Shown here piece by piece: positions 28,175-46,757 of a stretch of 64,000 nt of DNA. The stretch's first letter is position 1. Each line of letters starts with the position of its first letter. The stretch is from Tubiluchus corallicola. Its lineage: Eukaryota > Animalia > Priapulida. The notes under the pieces are model-generated. The model was given only the letters and a program-made list of their open reading frames with translations. It was not told the DNA's origin and did not search any database. A program made the translations under genes and the position numbers. The stretch spans positions 1 through 64,000 of the forward strand of contig JAQGDQ010000688.1 in assembly GCA_030141605.1 (NCBI GenBank), read 5' to 3'.

Positions 28175-28690
28175 GATCAGATTCGAATTGTATTTAAATT
28201 ATTATACCACTATCGTTGTTCAGATTTGAATCGTAATTAAGTTATTACACCACTATTGTTGTTCAGATTCGAATTGTAATTAAGTTATTACACCACTATC
28301 GTTGTTCAGATTCGAATCGTAATTAAGTTATTACACCACTATTGTTGTTCAGATTCGAATTGTAATTGAGTTATTACACCACTATCGTTGTTCAGATTCG
28401 AATCGTAATTAAGTTATTACACCACTATTGTTGTTCAGATTCGAATTGTAATTAAGTTATTACACCACTATTGTTGTTCAGATTCGAATTGTAATTGAGT
28501 TATTACACCACTATCGTTGTTCAGATTCGAATTGTAATTGAGTTATTACACCACTATCGTTGTTCAGATTCGAATCGTAATTAAGTTATTACACCACTAT
28601 TGTTGTTCAGATTCGAATTGTAATTAAGTTATTACACCACTATTGTTATTCAGATTCGAATTGTAATTAAGTTATTATACCACTGTTACT
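28175..28690. repeat. 43-bp minisatellite, about 11-12 units
   Basis: Unit TTATTACACCACTATTGTTGTTCAGATTCGAATTGTAATTAAG with few variant positions and no spacers. Confidence 0.95.
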
Positions 28691-29216
28691 GTTCATTAGA
28701 TATCTATAAATTTAGTACATAAGTAAGCTAGTGATAATTCGTAAATATAAGTAAACAAAAATGTCTAGGAAGTCTAAATAATCGTTCTGTAAGTAAAGGT
28801 ACCCTAGCGATTAGTGAACGTTTTCACAATGTAGTCATCTTTCACTAAGTCCAAAAATTCACTAATTGTACTTTTGCCCTATTTAAGAATACGACATCTG
28901 TTGATTGATCAGCAAGCCACAACATAAAATGCCTCCTGAAAAAATGGGTTGACCAATGGGCAACAAAATAATAAATGATCAGGTGTCTGATGGGACACAA
29001 TTGAGTTCACGATCACACAGGCAAGAGTCACGAGACTTACAGGATAGACCAGGTAAGGGTACTTGGGGTAGGGCCCTTGAAAGTGGGGCAGTGAGAACGG
29101 TGACCGGAATTAATGGGTCAAGGTCAATTCACAGCCATTACTTTTTCAGTTGTCATTCAATTCCTCCTAGTAGTGTGGTAGCATCGGTACAGTGTGTAAT
29201 GTTTGGGTCCGTATAA

Positions 29217-29227
29217 TATATATAAAA
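29217..29227 (+). promoter_or_regulatory. TATA box of the secreted-protein gene
   Basis: TATATAAAA lies about 65 nt upstream of ATG 29289, with TTAGTT Inr-like motifs about 30 nt downstream of it. Confidence 0.55.
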
Positions 29228-29288
29228 TAACACTTAAGAAAGATGAAAGTTTAGTTTATCTTTAGTTTAACAAAATTTAATTTAACAA

Positions 29289-35786
<6,498 letters not shown>

Positions 35787-37605
35787 TATCATGGCGGAGT
35801 GGGAAAATTCCCGTCTCCTGCACAAGATCTATAGCAGGCCTATTTATCCAAATAAATTTATATTTCTAAGGTTTTTGAATGGTGATGTAAAAATTTATAT
35901 TTTATAGTCGGTGACTGTCAGTAAGGCATCATTCTGTATTATTTCTAATCTGTTTGATTAAATCTAATGACGTTAAAAACAAAATTTTTGTACATTCTAA
36001 AGAATTTTTATAGTATAAAATTCGGATGCTTCCGTTTTATTTTAGACGCTATAGTATCAACATAATTTTAATGTTTCGGTTACATTATATTAAGTTCAAA
36101 CTCTTAAATGATAGTGCTACAGACCTGCTTTTAAAAATAAAAAAACACATTTTAAATTTTTACAGATATTCAAAATGCACAGCAATTTTAGGCTCAGCCT
36201 TATAAGATTTCACCAAACAGTTTAAAGGACGACAGAAGGATTTTTCATATACTAACCCTTTTTCAAGTCCGATAAAAAGTATACATTTTAACACAATTAA
36301 TATTGCAAAAGCGGTTTTGATTAATATTAAATAATAGATTAAAAACGTTACTAACGGTGAGCGAGTCCAACTATTGACGACATCACAAACGAACATAATT
36401 TTCAACAGCAAAAATATCCTACAAGCGTGTTGCACGTGTTTGCGAAATAGAAATACAGTGCTACTCCAAGATATTCAGTGTGTTGTACTAAAACTAAGCT
36501 ACTTTTAAGATAAAAATTTAATTTCAAATTTACCGCTGTCGAAAACATCGTCACTAGCAAACACATCTGAACTGAGAGGTACATCACCTGTTTTTTGTGC
36601 AGTGCGTTTCCGAAATGCAGGCGCTAGTGCCCGTCTAACTAGCGAATGGCGAAATGCATGTAACAGCGAAGAACTAGTGACGCTAACGCGAAATTGTGTT
36701 TGTGCGGCCATAATTGTTTCACGTAAGTCATTTTTTGAAAAAATAGTATGTTTCAATGTTTTAAAGAGTAGATTGTTTTGACCTAGTGTTTAAGATTTTG
36801 TCCAGTTATACGTTAAAAATAATGAAGAATGACGTACTATTGACAACGGCCACTGGCTGACCAAAACGTGTAGTTTAACAAAAGATATTGCTGACTACAA
36901 TACCTGACTTCGTTAGACACTAAACTATTTATCAGCTAAGTCGAATAGAGCTTGAAGCATCTAGTCTTATTTTAGTAATAGGCAGGTACTGTAAATGCAT
37001 AAAAATAGGGCCAGATTATCCAATAGGTTAGTATAGCCTGCAGCCTCGGGTGCCTCAAGCTTTGATAACATTTGCTGAAAAATCTTTGTTTTTCACTAGG
37101 GTTGTGTTGAAATAAAAGATGCTAACTAGGTTAGCAATAAATAGTAAAATATTGTCATTTCTTAATGAATGTTTTTATTGGCAAACAGAAGATAGCTATT
37201 CTAGCTTATTTTAAGAATTTACAATAAGTTTATTTCAAGTTATATAAGTGTTATGAAGTGATTCCAAAGGTAAGTGCTAACGAACTGCTTCTTTAGAAGA
37301 ATAAACAAAGCAGAATGCAACTAAGTTGTTCATATCACATGTACTTTATATTCTAAACCAGTAGTAATACAACACAGTGTTCTCTCTAAAGTTTCCAACT
37401 GACCAAGTAAAACTTTCCATGAAGTGAAAGGAAGACAGCAATTCATTAAAGGTAAATATTATGCATACTAGTTCAAGGTTCTGTACAATGATGAAAGTTT
37501 AGATTGTATACTGAGAAATAAACCAGTTTTGATAGCTGAAATTTAGTAAGTTCTTGTATGAGATTTTAATTTAATATTTTAGCAAAAGAATGTAATAATA
37601 TGACT

Positions 37606-38081
37606 GGTTGGCATCCTTCTGTGTCGGAAGACAATGGAGTGTGCACCAAGAGAGTCAGTTATTGATCACATTGATGGAGCTGCAGCGTCGACTGTGGCCG
37701 AGGAGTCCGATCCTTGAACCACTGGAATGGCTTCTCCAGGGCAAGGTGTATGGAGATCCTGAGTTGCCCAGACAACAGGAACCCTCTCTCTTCCTCCCTG
37801 GTGTAGTCCAAAGGAAAGCGGAGAGATACGTTTGGCACCAGGTTGGCTGCAGGAGCTGCCGGAATCAGTGAGCATGCTGCACTGGTCCGCCTTCGGGGTT
37901 CCACTCCTGATTGTTGGCTGCTTGTACAGCTCCTCCGCATAGTGTCGAAATACAGTGTGGGCATCCCGCAAGCCTACAGCACCTGGTATTCCTAGGCGGC
38001 CACCCATCCAAGTACTAACCAGGCTCTACGTTGCTTAATTTCGGTGATCAGACGAGAACCGGTGTTTTCAACGTGATTATC
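37606..38081 (-). mobile_element. 5S rRNA-headed, RTE-bodied SINE, copy B
   Basis: 5S head at about 37970-38077. 12-bp TSD AATAATATGACT at 37594-37605 and 38082-38093. The body retains the RTE C-terminal peptide SRIGLLGHSRRC. Confidence 0.9.
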
Positions 38082-39464
38082 AATAATATGACTATTGATA
38101 ATATTAATTATGATTAATAAATACAAACTAATAATCAATCTATAAAAATGAAGGAATCGTGAACTTCTCGACCGTGTTGCTAAAATATATCTCGAGTAAC
38201 AATTACTCAAGAGAGGAGTGTGGGCGAGCTGGAGGTTCACTTCGTCTGGGGGGGGGCATAATTCCATTAGCCTAGGGGCCGCGAAAAGTCATAATCCCTC
38301 CATACATAAAAGTAAGCTTTGGCTTCTCGAAAAAGCAAGTTAACATTAAAATTACAAACTTCACCTCTGTAAACTGTCTATGCTGTCATTGTTTGTATTG
38401 TTACGAAGGGGAACTGCCCTTTATTTTCGACCCTCCCCCTCTACATTGTGATGGTTTCATCCATTACGAAGCCAATGCATATCAGCGTCATATAGCAGCT
38501 ATAAGTAGTTGGTATGGAATGGCCTCGTCGGTTCAGTGGGCTGACCGGCAGCTGCGTCTTCCATCTCAGCACCTGTTCCGCAATGACAACTGGCATGGAG
38601 CACGATGGGTAGTCGTCTGGCGTGTTACTTAATTTAGTAATTTTACTCTTTCTACTGTTTTACGTTTTCTTCTCAACTATGAGACAATCGGCGTATCAGC
38701 ACCATCCGCTCATTGAATTCTATTCTATTCAAATTTATTTTATGGTTAAAAAGATTGTGGAAGTCAGAACAAGGTACCTCAGGAGGGCAGGAATGATCAG
38801 ACACAATCTAAGAATTGGGTAGAAAGAACTAAGCAAAGTTTTGTACAAATTGACTAAATCTATTGAATCGATTTACAAGTAAACAGAGATCTGTTTGTTC
38901 ATGAGATTATTATACCTTATCACCGTTATTCTTTTACAAAGGCGTAGCAAGTGCTTGTGGATTGTGCTTGTGCTTCACACTAGACAGTAACTCGCAGGAA
39001 ATCCTCGCAGCAACTGTCAGAGAGTTTGCAATAACTTGTCGACAGTAACTCGCAAAACAGTTCACACGTGCGAGTTTGCTGTCAGAGAGAAAACTCGCTA
39101 GTTTGAACGCTCCATAAAGCACAGCTGTACAGCTGCGGATTTCAAGCGTTGACCGTATAAAGATGAACGTATTTCTATCCTCTGGTTCGTCACTTGGCTT
39201 CAGGTGGCAGAACGATCGACTCCTCACTGGTTTATGTAGATCTGATGAATGTGAATGCAAACCTTAATCGGTTGGTAGAAGAGCTTGTCACCATTGGCTC
39301 GCCCGCGACTGTTGATCTTGCGTACGTTAACGTAAGCAACAAAAATGGCTGCCGTGTAGTAGATATTCCCAGCGACACTACAATAATTGTCATGTCCTGA
39401 CTTAGCTCATCACTAACAATGGGATTCATTCTATGGTTTTAGTTCGTCTGATGAAAGTAAATGG

Positions 39465-39825
39465 CAGGGGTGCGCATCGAAAGTTCGAACTAGATTCCAA
39501 CGAATTTTTTAATTCAGATTTGATTCGAATCAAAACTGTTGATTCGAATAATTCACCACTTCAATTATATACGTTCTTTATCATTAAAACGTTTTAAAAC
39601 AGCATGCAATAAACTCAGTTTAACTGCGAATTGCGTGCACAATTTGTAGACAAATTATAATTAGTGTTTTGTTTGCAGAATAACACCAACTAATCATAAG
39701 TGATTCGAAAATCTATTCGAAAGGCTTTAAAACTGAATTGGAATTCGTTTCGGATTGAAATAGTGAAATCCGATTTGATCGAGTTCCAGAGTAAAAAATT
39801 CGATAGGGTTCGAATTTGCCTTCTG
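39465..39825. mobile_element. TTCGAA-rich MITE inserted in the 3' part of the mucin-like gene
   Basis: Subterminal TTCGAA/ATTCGA repeats. Related copy at about 50947-51295. Mucin-repeat-like peptides flank both sides. Confidence 0.6.
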
Positions 39826-40069
39826 ATAAAGAAAATGGAAACCTAGTAATTGGAAACATTAGCTTGTCAGTAGTGGACTGTCCGTGGCTAGTTTATTGGC
39901 AATTGTTGACCATGTAAATGATGAAGACAATGTAGATGCAGATATTATAGTTGAAGGTCCCCTGAGTGGCGGGTAGTGAAAGTGTCAGCCGACTGGTAGA
40001 GGATCCTGTAGTGGTTGTTTCTTCTGTGACCGTTGATCTTGTTGATGATCCTGTGGGTGGAGATTTCAC

Positions 40070-41490
40070 AGTCGTCACGTCTTCAGTTGGCTTCTCAGTG
40101 TAACCGGAAGTTGACTCTGTTGTCAGGTCTTCAGTTGGCTTCTCAGTGTAAGTTAAAGTTGACACTATTGTCATGTCTTCAGTTGGCTTCTCAGTGTAAG
40201 TGGAAGTTGACACTGTTGTCATGTCTTCAGTTGGCTTCTCAGTGTAACTGGAAGTTGACTCTATTGTCATGTCTTCAGTTGGCTTCTCAGTGTAAGTGTA
40301 TGTTGACTCTATGGTCACTGTAGGTCTTGTGGAAGTGTATGAAGGTCTTGACCACGTAGGTATTGATGGCACTGTAGGAAATGAAGGCATTGTAGACCTT
40401 GTGTACGTTAATGTAGGTAATGTAAATGGTGGTCTTGTAGACGATGATCCTGTGGGTGGAGATTTCACAGTCGTCACGTCTTCAGTTGGCTTGTCAGTGT
40501 AACTGGAAGTTGACTGGGTTGTCATGTCTTCAGTTGGCTTCTCAGTGTAAGTGTATGTTGACTCTATGGTCACTGTAGGTCTTGTGGTAGTGTATGAAGG
40601 TCTTGACCACGTAGGTATTGATGGCACTGTAGGAAATGAAGGCATTGTAGACCTTGTGTACGTTAATGTAGGTAATGTAAATGGTGGTCGTGTAGACGAT
40701 GATCCTGTGGGTGGAGATTTCACAGTCGTCACGTCTTCAGTTGGCTTGTCAGTGTAACTGGAAGTTGACTGGGTTGTCATGTCTTCAGTTGGCTTCTCAG
40801 TGTAAGTGTATGTTGACTCTATGGTCACTGTAGGTCTTGTGGAAGTGTATGAAGGTCTTGACCACGTAGGTATTGATTGCACTGTAGGAAATGAAGGCAT
40901 TGTAGACCTTGTGTACGTTAATGTAGGTAATGTAAATGGTGGTCTTGTAGACGATGATCCTGTGGGTGGAGATTTCACAGTCGTCACGTCTTCAGTTGGC
41001 TTGTCAGTGTAACTGGAAGTTGACTGGGTTGTCATGTCTTCAGTTGGCTTCTCAGTGTAAGTGTATGTTGACTCTATGGTCACTGTAGGTCTTGTGGAAG
41101 TGTATGAAGGTCTTGACCACGTAGGTATTGATTGCACTGTAGGAAATGAAGGCATTGTAGACCTTGTGTACGTTAATGTAGGTAATGTAAATGGTGGTCT
41201 TGTAGACGATGATCCTGTGGGTGGAGATTTCACAGTCGTCACGTCTTCAGTTGGTTTGTCAGTGTAACTGGAAGTTGACTGGGTTGTCATGTCTTCAGTT
41301 GGCTTCTCAGTGTAAGTTAAAGTAGACACTGTTGTCATGTCTTTATTGGCTTCTCAGTGAAACTGGAAGTTGATTCTGTTGTCACGTCTTCAGTTAGTTT
41401 CTCAGTGTAAGTGTATGTTGACTCTGTGGTCACTGTAGGTCTTGTGGAAGTGTATGAAGGTGTTGACCACGTAGGTATTGATGGCACTGT
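40070..41490 (-). repeat. Coding tandem repeat: 4 near-identical 255-bp units (85 aa) plus 45-bp subunits (TEKPTEDMTT...)
   Basis: Near-identical antisense ORFs start at 40296, 40551, 40806 and 41061 (255-bp spacing). 45-bp units run at about 40070-40290. Confidence 0.95.
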
Positions 41491-43184
41491 AGGATTTGAA
41501 AGCATTATAGGCATTGAAGGTCTAGTGAAAGTGAATGAAAATGTTGGCCAACTAATAGAGGATCCTGTAGTAGTTGTTTCGTCTGTGTTCATTGACCTTG
41601 TGGATCTGGATGTAGGTAATTTCAATGATGGTGCCCTAATTGATGATTCCTTTGTTGGAGGTGATGATGTAGTTTTCATGTCTTTAGCTGACTTTCCCGT
41701 GATTATGGCTGTGGTTTGTGCTTGTCTGGCATAATCTTTTAGGACTGAACCATCTTTTTTGATTTCTGTCTGACCTGCTTGATCGGGAATTTTTCCTCTC
41801 TGGTGTATGCGTCGTGGCCCATACTCGGAAGCACCCTGATCTTTATGCCATGGTTCGACTAGCTGTGTTGGCTAAACACAACAAATGTGAATATATTACA
41901 TTGTTAGTTTTGCATTAAGCAGTGTCCATAAGCAACAAATAGCAGCGCCCAAATGGGAAGAAGTGTAAAGGGAGTGTCAGCAAGCTAGGAAGCGTCAAGT
42001 AAGCATAAAAAATTATGACTATTAACTAATGAAAGCAATCAACTATAATTTTTGGTGAATGCTTGATGCTTTTTCATCATTAATATTGCTTAAATTAAAA
42101 CTCTTGTTTGACGTTTTTGATGCGTCATATGCCTATAACTTCATTATTTGTCACCCTTGACACTTTCCTGATGCCTATGTAAACATTTAGTTCGGAAAAT
42201 TTGTTGGACAAAACGTTGACGTACCTCCTTCCTTATCTGTCCCACAGACGGAATTCCATGGAAATCACTTGTAAGACCAGCACTGTGTGCTTTGACGGCA
42301 GCTGCTTTCATTTTACCTGCATTAATTTCCAATTTAAACGCTTCAGTACTCAGCACAGAAACAAATACAAACAAAACATGTGTTAAAAACATTGCGAAGC
42401 ATCGGCTGTTGTGTGTTAATTCTGCTAACTAAATTGCCTTAAGACTGTGTCGGCTTTATTTTTCTTCTTACGATAACGCTTAATATAAAATATAAATCAC
42501 AAAATGATAAAATAATATTACTACATGATTACTACTTATCAAAAAGCTTTTAACAGTTCAAATGTACATTTCATCAGTGTATCAGATAAGAGAGCTGCTC
42601 CACGTTCCGTGGTGTAGCTGTGTAACTTTTCCTCTTTCGTGGCATTTCATTTTGTTCCGGCGGCGTTTTGATGAGTCACAAAAGAAGCAATACAGTGACT
42701 CAGCAATACAGTGACTATCGAAATGAGAACTGTAAGCTTTAGGCCGCGTTCAGATTCGCGAGTTTTCTCTTTTTTGTCTCTCTGTCAGCCAATTCGCAAG
42801 TGTGAACTGCTCTGCGAGTTAAAACTTCAAGTTGTCGAAGTGTAAACGCCTCAGCCAGTTACTCTCGACACTTCCCGCAGTGAATAGAGAATTTAGTGTC
42901 AACTCCTGCTTAAAGATGCAGAGTAACTCGCAGCAACTTTACCCTTTAGTTTGGACCCCTTGCGAGTTACTTGGCGAGAAAACTCAGAGTCAAAAATCGT
43001 CAATCTCAAAGTCGAAGTATTTAGTCAAACAATAATGAAAATTGACTTTGTGTATGTACTATTTGTGTCTCTCCCGTATCCATTTTAACCTGCCTCCTTT
43101 GGTATTGCACATATTTTATTGATTTATGTAGTTTTTCCTGTTTATTCCCCTTCTTTCCTGTGTTTTTCTTACTCTCTCTCTCTG

Positions 43185-43292
<108 letters not shown>

Positions 43293-44324
43293 CCAAGAAT
43301 TGTTTGCCAGAATTCCCTTTCTTTCATCATTCGTCTCCGAAAAATGTGAAATTTGCTAAAATTGTTAGAAGTTGTGTCCTTGGCACAGACCCACAAATGT
43401 GCTAAATGGAATGGGATGTTAATTCACACGCTTTTGTTTAAATAAAAAATACGTTTATGGTAAAAGTAAAAAAACGACAAACTCAACAAAAAACAACGAA
43501 GCTTCTTACTATTGTACATGTTTTTAAGAAATCAGAACACAAATAAAATTCAAAGTTCACTAGAGTTTCGAGACTCAAATTCAAAACACGAAAGAATTTT
43601 AAAGAAAATAATTTTTAAAGCGTGTGAATGTTTGCGTTGACTAAAAAGTTTGTTTAAAAAGAAGTAAATGTTTCCAAAATACCCTAAAATGCACAAAAGT
43701 GCATCGATGGCAATAGAATTAGGTTCGGTGGTGGCCCTTTAGATTTTTTATAACATTTGCATATATGCAGAACTACTTTCTAAATTTAGAAGTTACAGGC
43801 CTACGTGAAACTGAGAATAATGTCAGAAGTCAAGAGTTTATTTCCTCAAACTGCATCAGTAAAGTATTAGCGCAATTTTAAATATGGAATACACAATTAT
43901 TATAATTATTATGAAGAATGTAATTACGATAGTATTTATTATATAATATGTGAGGATGAGTATTATATTATATATATATCAGAAGACGAGTTTATTTCCC
44001 CACCTGTATCCACAAAGTATCAGCACTATTTTAGATACGTAAAGGAATACACAATTGTACTGTAATTATGCAGAATGCAATGCCTTCGTAAAAATCAAGA
44101 TTATAAAAAGAAATTTATTTTGTAGGTAAGCCGCTGCAAATACTATCAAATTTTTGATCAGATGAAGAGTATTAAGCATATTTTTCGAACCTAGGTGGCA
44201 GCACAAACTTATTTGCAATACCTTTAGTTAGACTGGTACAGAGCTTTTTATTCGCAGGGAATTATTAATAACTACAGTAAAAATTAGACGTGTGCTACAC
44301 TATGGACGATTTAGTTCCTGACCG

Positions 44325-44437
44325 CAAACGGCCATTTTTAGTTTTATTGGGCAAACTGTACACTTTTTACGAAATCGTCTAAAGTGAGCGCGAGAATTTC
44401 TTCTTTACTGGCCGGATAATTGCTTTCGGGAATGTGG
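44325..44437 (+). promoter_or_regulatory. Candidate epsin promoter and non-coding first exon
   Basis: CpG-containing stretch with a YY1-like CGGCCATTT motif, ending at a strong donor GTG|GTAAGC near 44437. Epsin needs an upstream UTR exon because its ATG exon has an acceptor. The assignment to epsin is inference. Confidence 0.35.
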
Positions 44438-45209
44438 TAAGCTCTGTTTTCTTAAATTTATTGCTTATTTAACATTAGAACTGCTAAATCTAGGAGGCTG
44501 ACTATGACATTCAAAAAGTGTGTTGAGAAAACGGAAGCTATACGAGCTGAACAAATTACCTGAGTGGGGAAATTAATTATGATGAAATTAAAGAGCTTTT
44601 ACAAAGCCAGCGAAAGAATGTTTTATGGCTCCCCGTGTGTGAAGTAACACTATACGACTGATGTCGTTATGTGATATAAGAAAAATGGAAATACCAAATT
44701 GTTAATGAAACTAATTAACTATTCGTGTTCTTGTGCATATAGCCTTTGGGTGGCATAATGTGTTACGTGTAAAGAAATCTTATGGGTTAAGGCTTATATA
44801 AGATATGCTTAAGGAAAAGGAAATGTTCGTCATTTAGCATGTTGGTTTGTTTTACTAAACTACAGTCAAGCTTTGAAAAAGGAATTTGCAAAGAAATTCT
44901 CTATATTAAAGCTTAAAGGAAAACCAAATTACTGTTTATACTTAATCCCATTTTAATATCTGGTCTGGTTTATACTCAATCAATATTTGGTCAGGGAAAA
45001 GTAAGGGAAATTCATTTTAAAATTCTGTGGGAGCCCTGTCAGGACGTTTAAATTGGCAGCCAAGCAATGTATATATGAAAAGCATATTGTAGAAAGTGAA
45101 AGGGAAAGACTAGCGTTTTTCAATAATAATTAACAGAGAGAAAAAATAAATGGCAATTAGCATATTAGCAATAAGTAAAGTGTAGTAATTTATTAGTGTT
45201 GGTAGTTAA

Positions 45210-45636
45210 AGGACAAGAAAATGGCCAACCAAAGTAAACCTCAGAAAATTCGCAATAAAAAATTATATCAGCTAAGTATAATTTTAAGCGAATAAAGTAC
45301 TCACATTTTTACATTTACTCCAATTTTTGTAAAATATTTCAACCGCTGCAATAAACGTTGGCGCAGACGTGTTTCATTTAGTCCGCCAATTGATGACGTG
45401 ACATGACATCACTCGAACACAGTTCTGAGTACGAGTACTATAAAGATTTGTGTTGTGGTTCTGTGTCGCCATCTAATATGGCGTCGCCGTGACAGTCTCA
45501 CGGGAGTATTAAAATGAAAACAAACAGGAAATTTTTTTAATGTGAGTGTGATAAATGCTTAAGATTGCCTCTAAGCGTTATAATTCTTTAGCGAAAATTT
45601 TCTGAGACTTGCTTTAACTAGGCCCTTTCTTGTCCT
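45210..45636. mobile_element. Kolobok-like MITE (TTAA TSD, AGG termini)
   Basis: TTAA|AGGACAAGAAA..GGCC ... GGCCCTTTCTTGTCCT|TTAA. Related ends at about 4150 and 4391. Confidence 0.7.
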
Positions 45637-46059
45637 TTAAAGCAACTCACGTAAAGCATGTATTGTTTATCTGTGATGCCATTAATCTTCGTACACGAAA
45701 AGCTGTTTGTTTGCCAAGTTGAAAATATGCAATACATGTAACTTCATATCAGCAATGATTCGCCATTCACTTCAAGTCATTGAAATCTGCCCTCAAGACA
45801 GGTAAACATCAATAGTTCAGCAAAAAAAACTAGACACTGCTGTGTCAGCACCACTTCCAAGGACATTTTTTTTATTTTGTCTGCCAAATTTGTACAACAG
45901 ACGTGATGGGCATGTATTCATATGATGACGATGATGATGAGTCATTGACATTTTCACACACAATGGTTTATACATGTATTAGCAAGAAATAGCATGCTAG
46001 TTAACCTTTGTTAGATCTCTTCTTCAAGATGAGAGCAAATCTTCCTCGACTTAACACTT

Positions 46060-46757
46060 GCATTTTAACGTGTAAATTATTCTACTTGATACATCGATGT
46101 ATCATTGCATCATGATGTCTTTCATTATGATGCGTGTATCGATTTTAACTTGTAAATTACTCATATCGATGTATCATTGCATCATGATGTCTTCCATTAC
46201 GATGCGTGTGTCGATTTTAACTTGTAAATTACTCATATCGATGTATCATTGCATCATGATGTCTTTCATTACGATACGTGTATCGATTTTAACTTGTAAA
46301 TTATTCTACTAGATACATCGATGTATCATTGCATCATGATGTCTTCCATTACGATGCGTGTGTCGATTTTAACTTGTAAATTACTCATATCGATGTATCA
46401 TTGCATCATGATGTCTTTCATTATGATATGTGTATCGATTTTAACTTGTAAATTATTCTGCTAGATACGTCGATGTATCATTGCATCATGATGTCTTTCA
46501 TTATGATACGTGTATCGATTTTAACTTGTAAATTATTCTACTAGATACATCGATGTATCATTGCATCATGATGTCTTTCATCACGATACGTGCATCGATT
46601 TTAACTTGTAAATTATTCTACTAGATACGTCGATCTATCATTGCATCATGATGTCTTTCATTACGATACATGTATCGATTTTAACTTGTAAATTATTCTA
46701 CTCGATACATCGATGTATCATTGCATCATGATGTCTTTCATCACGATACGTGCATCG
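46060..46757. repeat. 72/80-bp minisatellite, about 9 units
   Basis: Unit GTATCGATTTTAACTTGTAAATTATTCTACTAGATACATCGATGTATCATTGCATCATGATGTCTTTCATTACGATACGT, plus a 72-bp variant. Confidence 0.95.

Larger units (their letters stand above)
39200..42392 (-). pseudogene. Secreted Thr/Ser/Pro-rich mucin-like gene with tandem repeats; frameshifted, 3' end decayed (pseudogene, null allele or assembly error)
   Basis: Exon 1 42392-42225 starts with signal peptide MFLTHVLFVFVSVLSTEA and ends at a GTACGT donor. Exon 2 starts at 41871 in frame. A 1-nt deletion near 41344 relative to the repeat unit breaks the frame, and ORF 41338-39893 continues it. A probable second shift lies near 39960, a MITE sits at about 39465-39825, and degenerate repeat peptides continue to about 39200. 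Confidence 0.7.

Noticed and set aside
28175-28690. CRISPR-like array
   Set aside because: Units are contiguous and near-identical with no unique spacers; eukaryotic context and no cas genes.
28956-29053. Alternative first coding exon (MGNKII...DRP G|GTAAGG)
   Set aside because: Phase-compatible, but it would bury the signal peptide behind 32 polar residues and lies upstream of the TATA box. The 29289 start fits better, though this option is not excluded.
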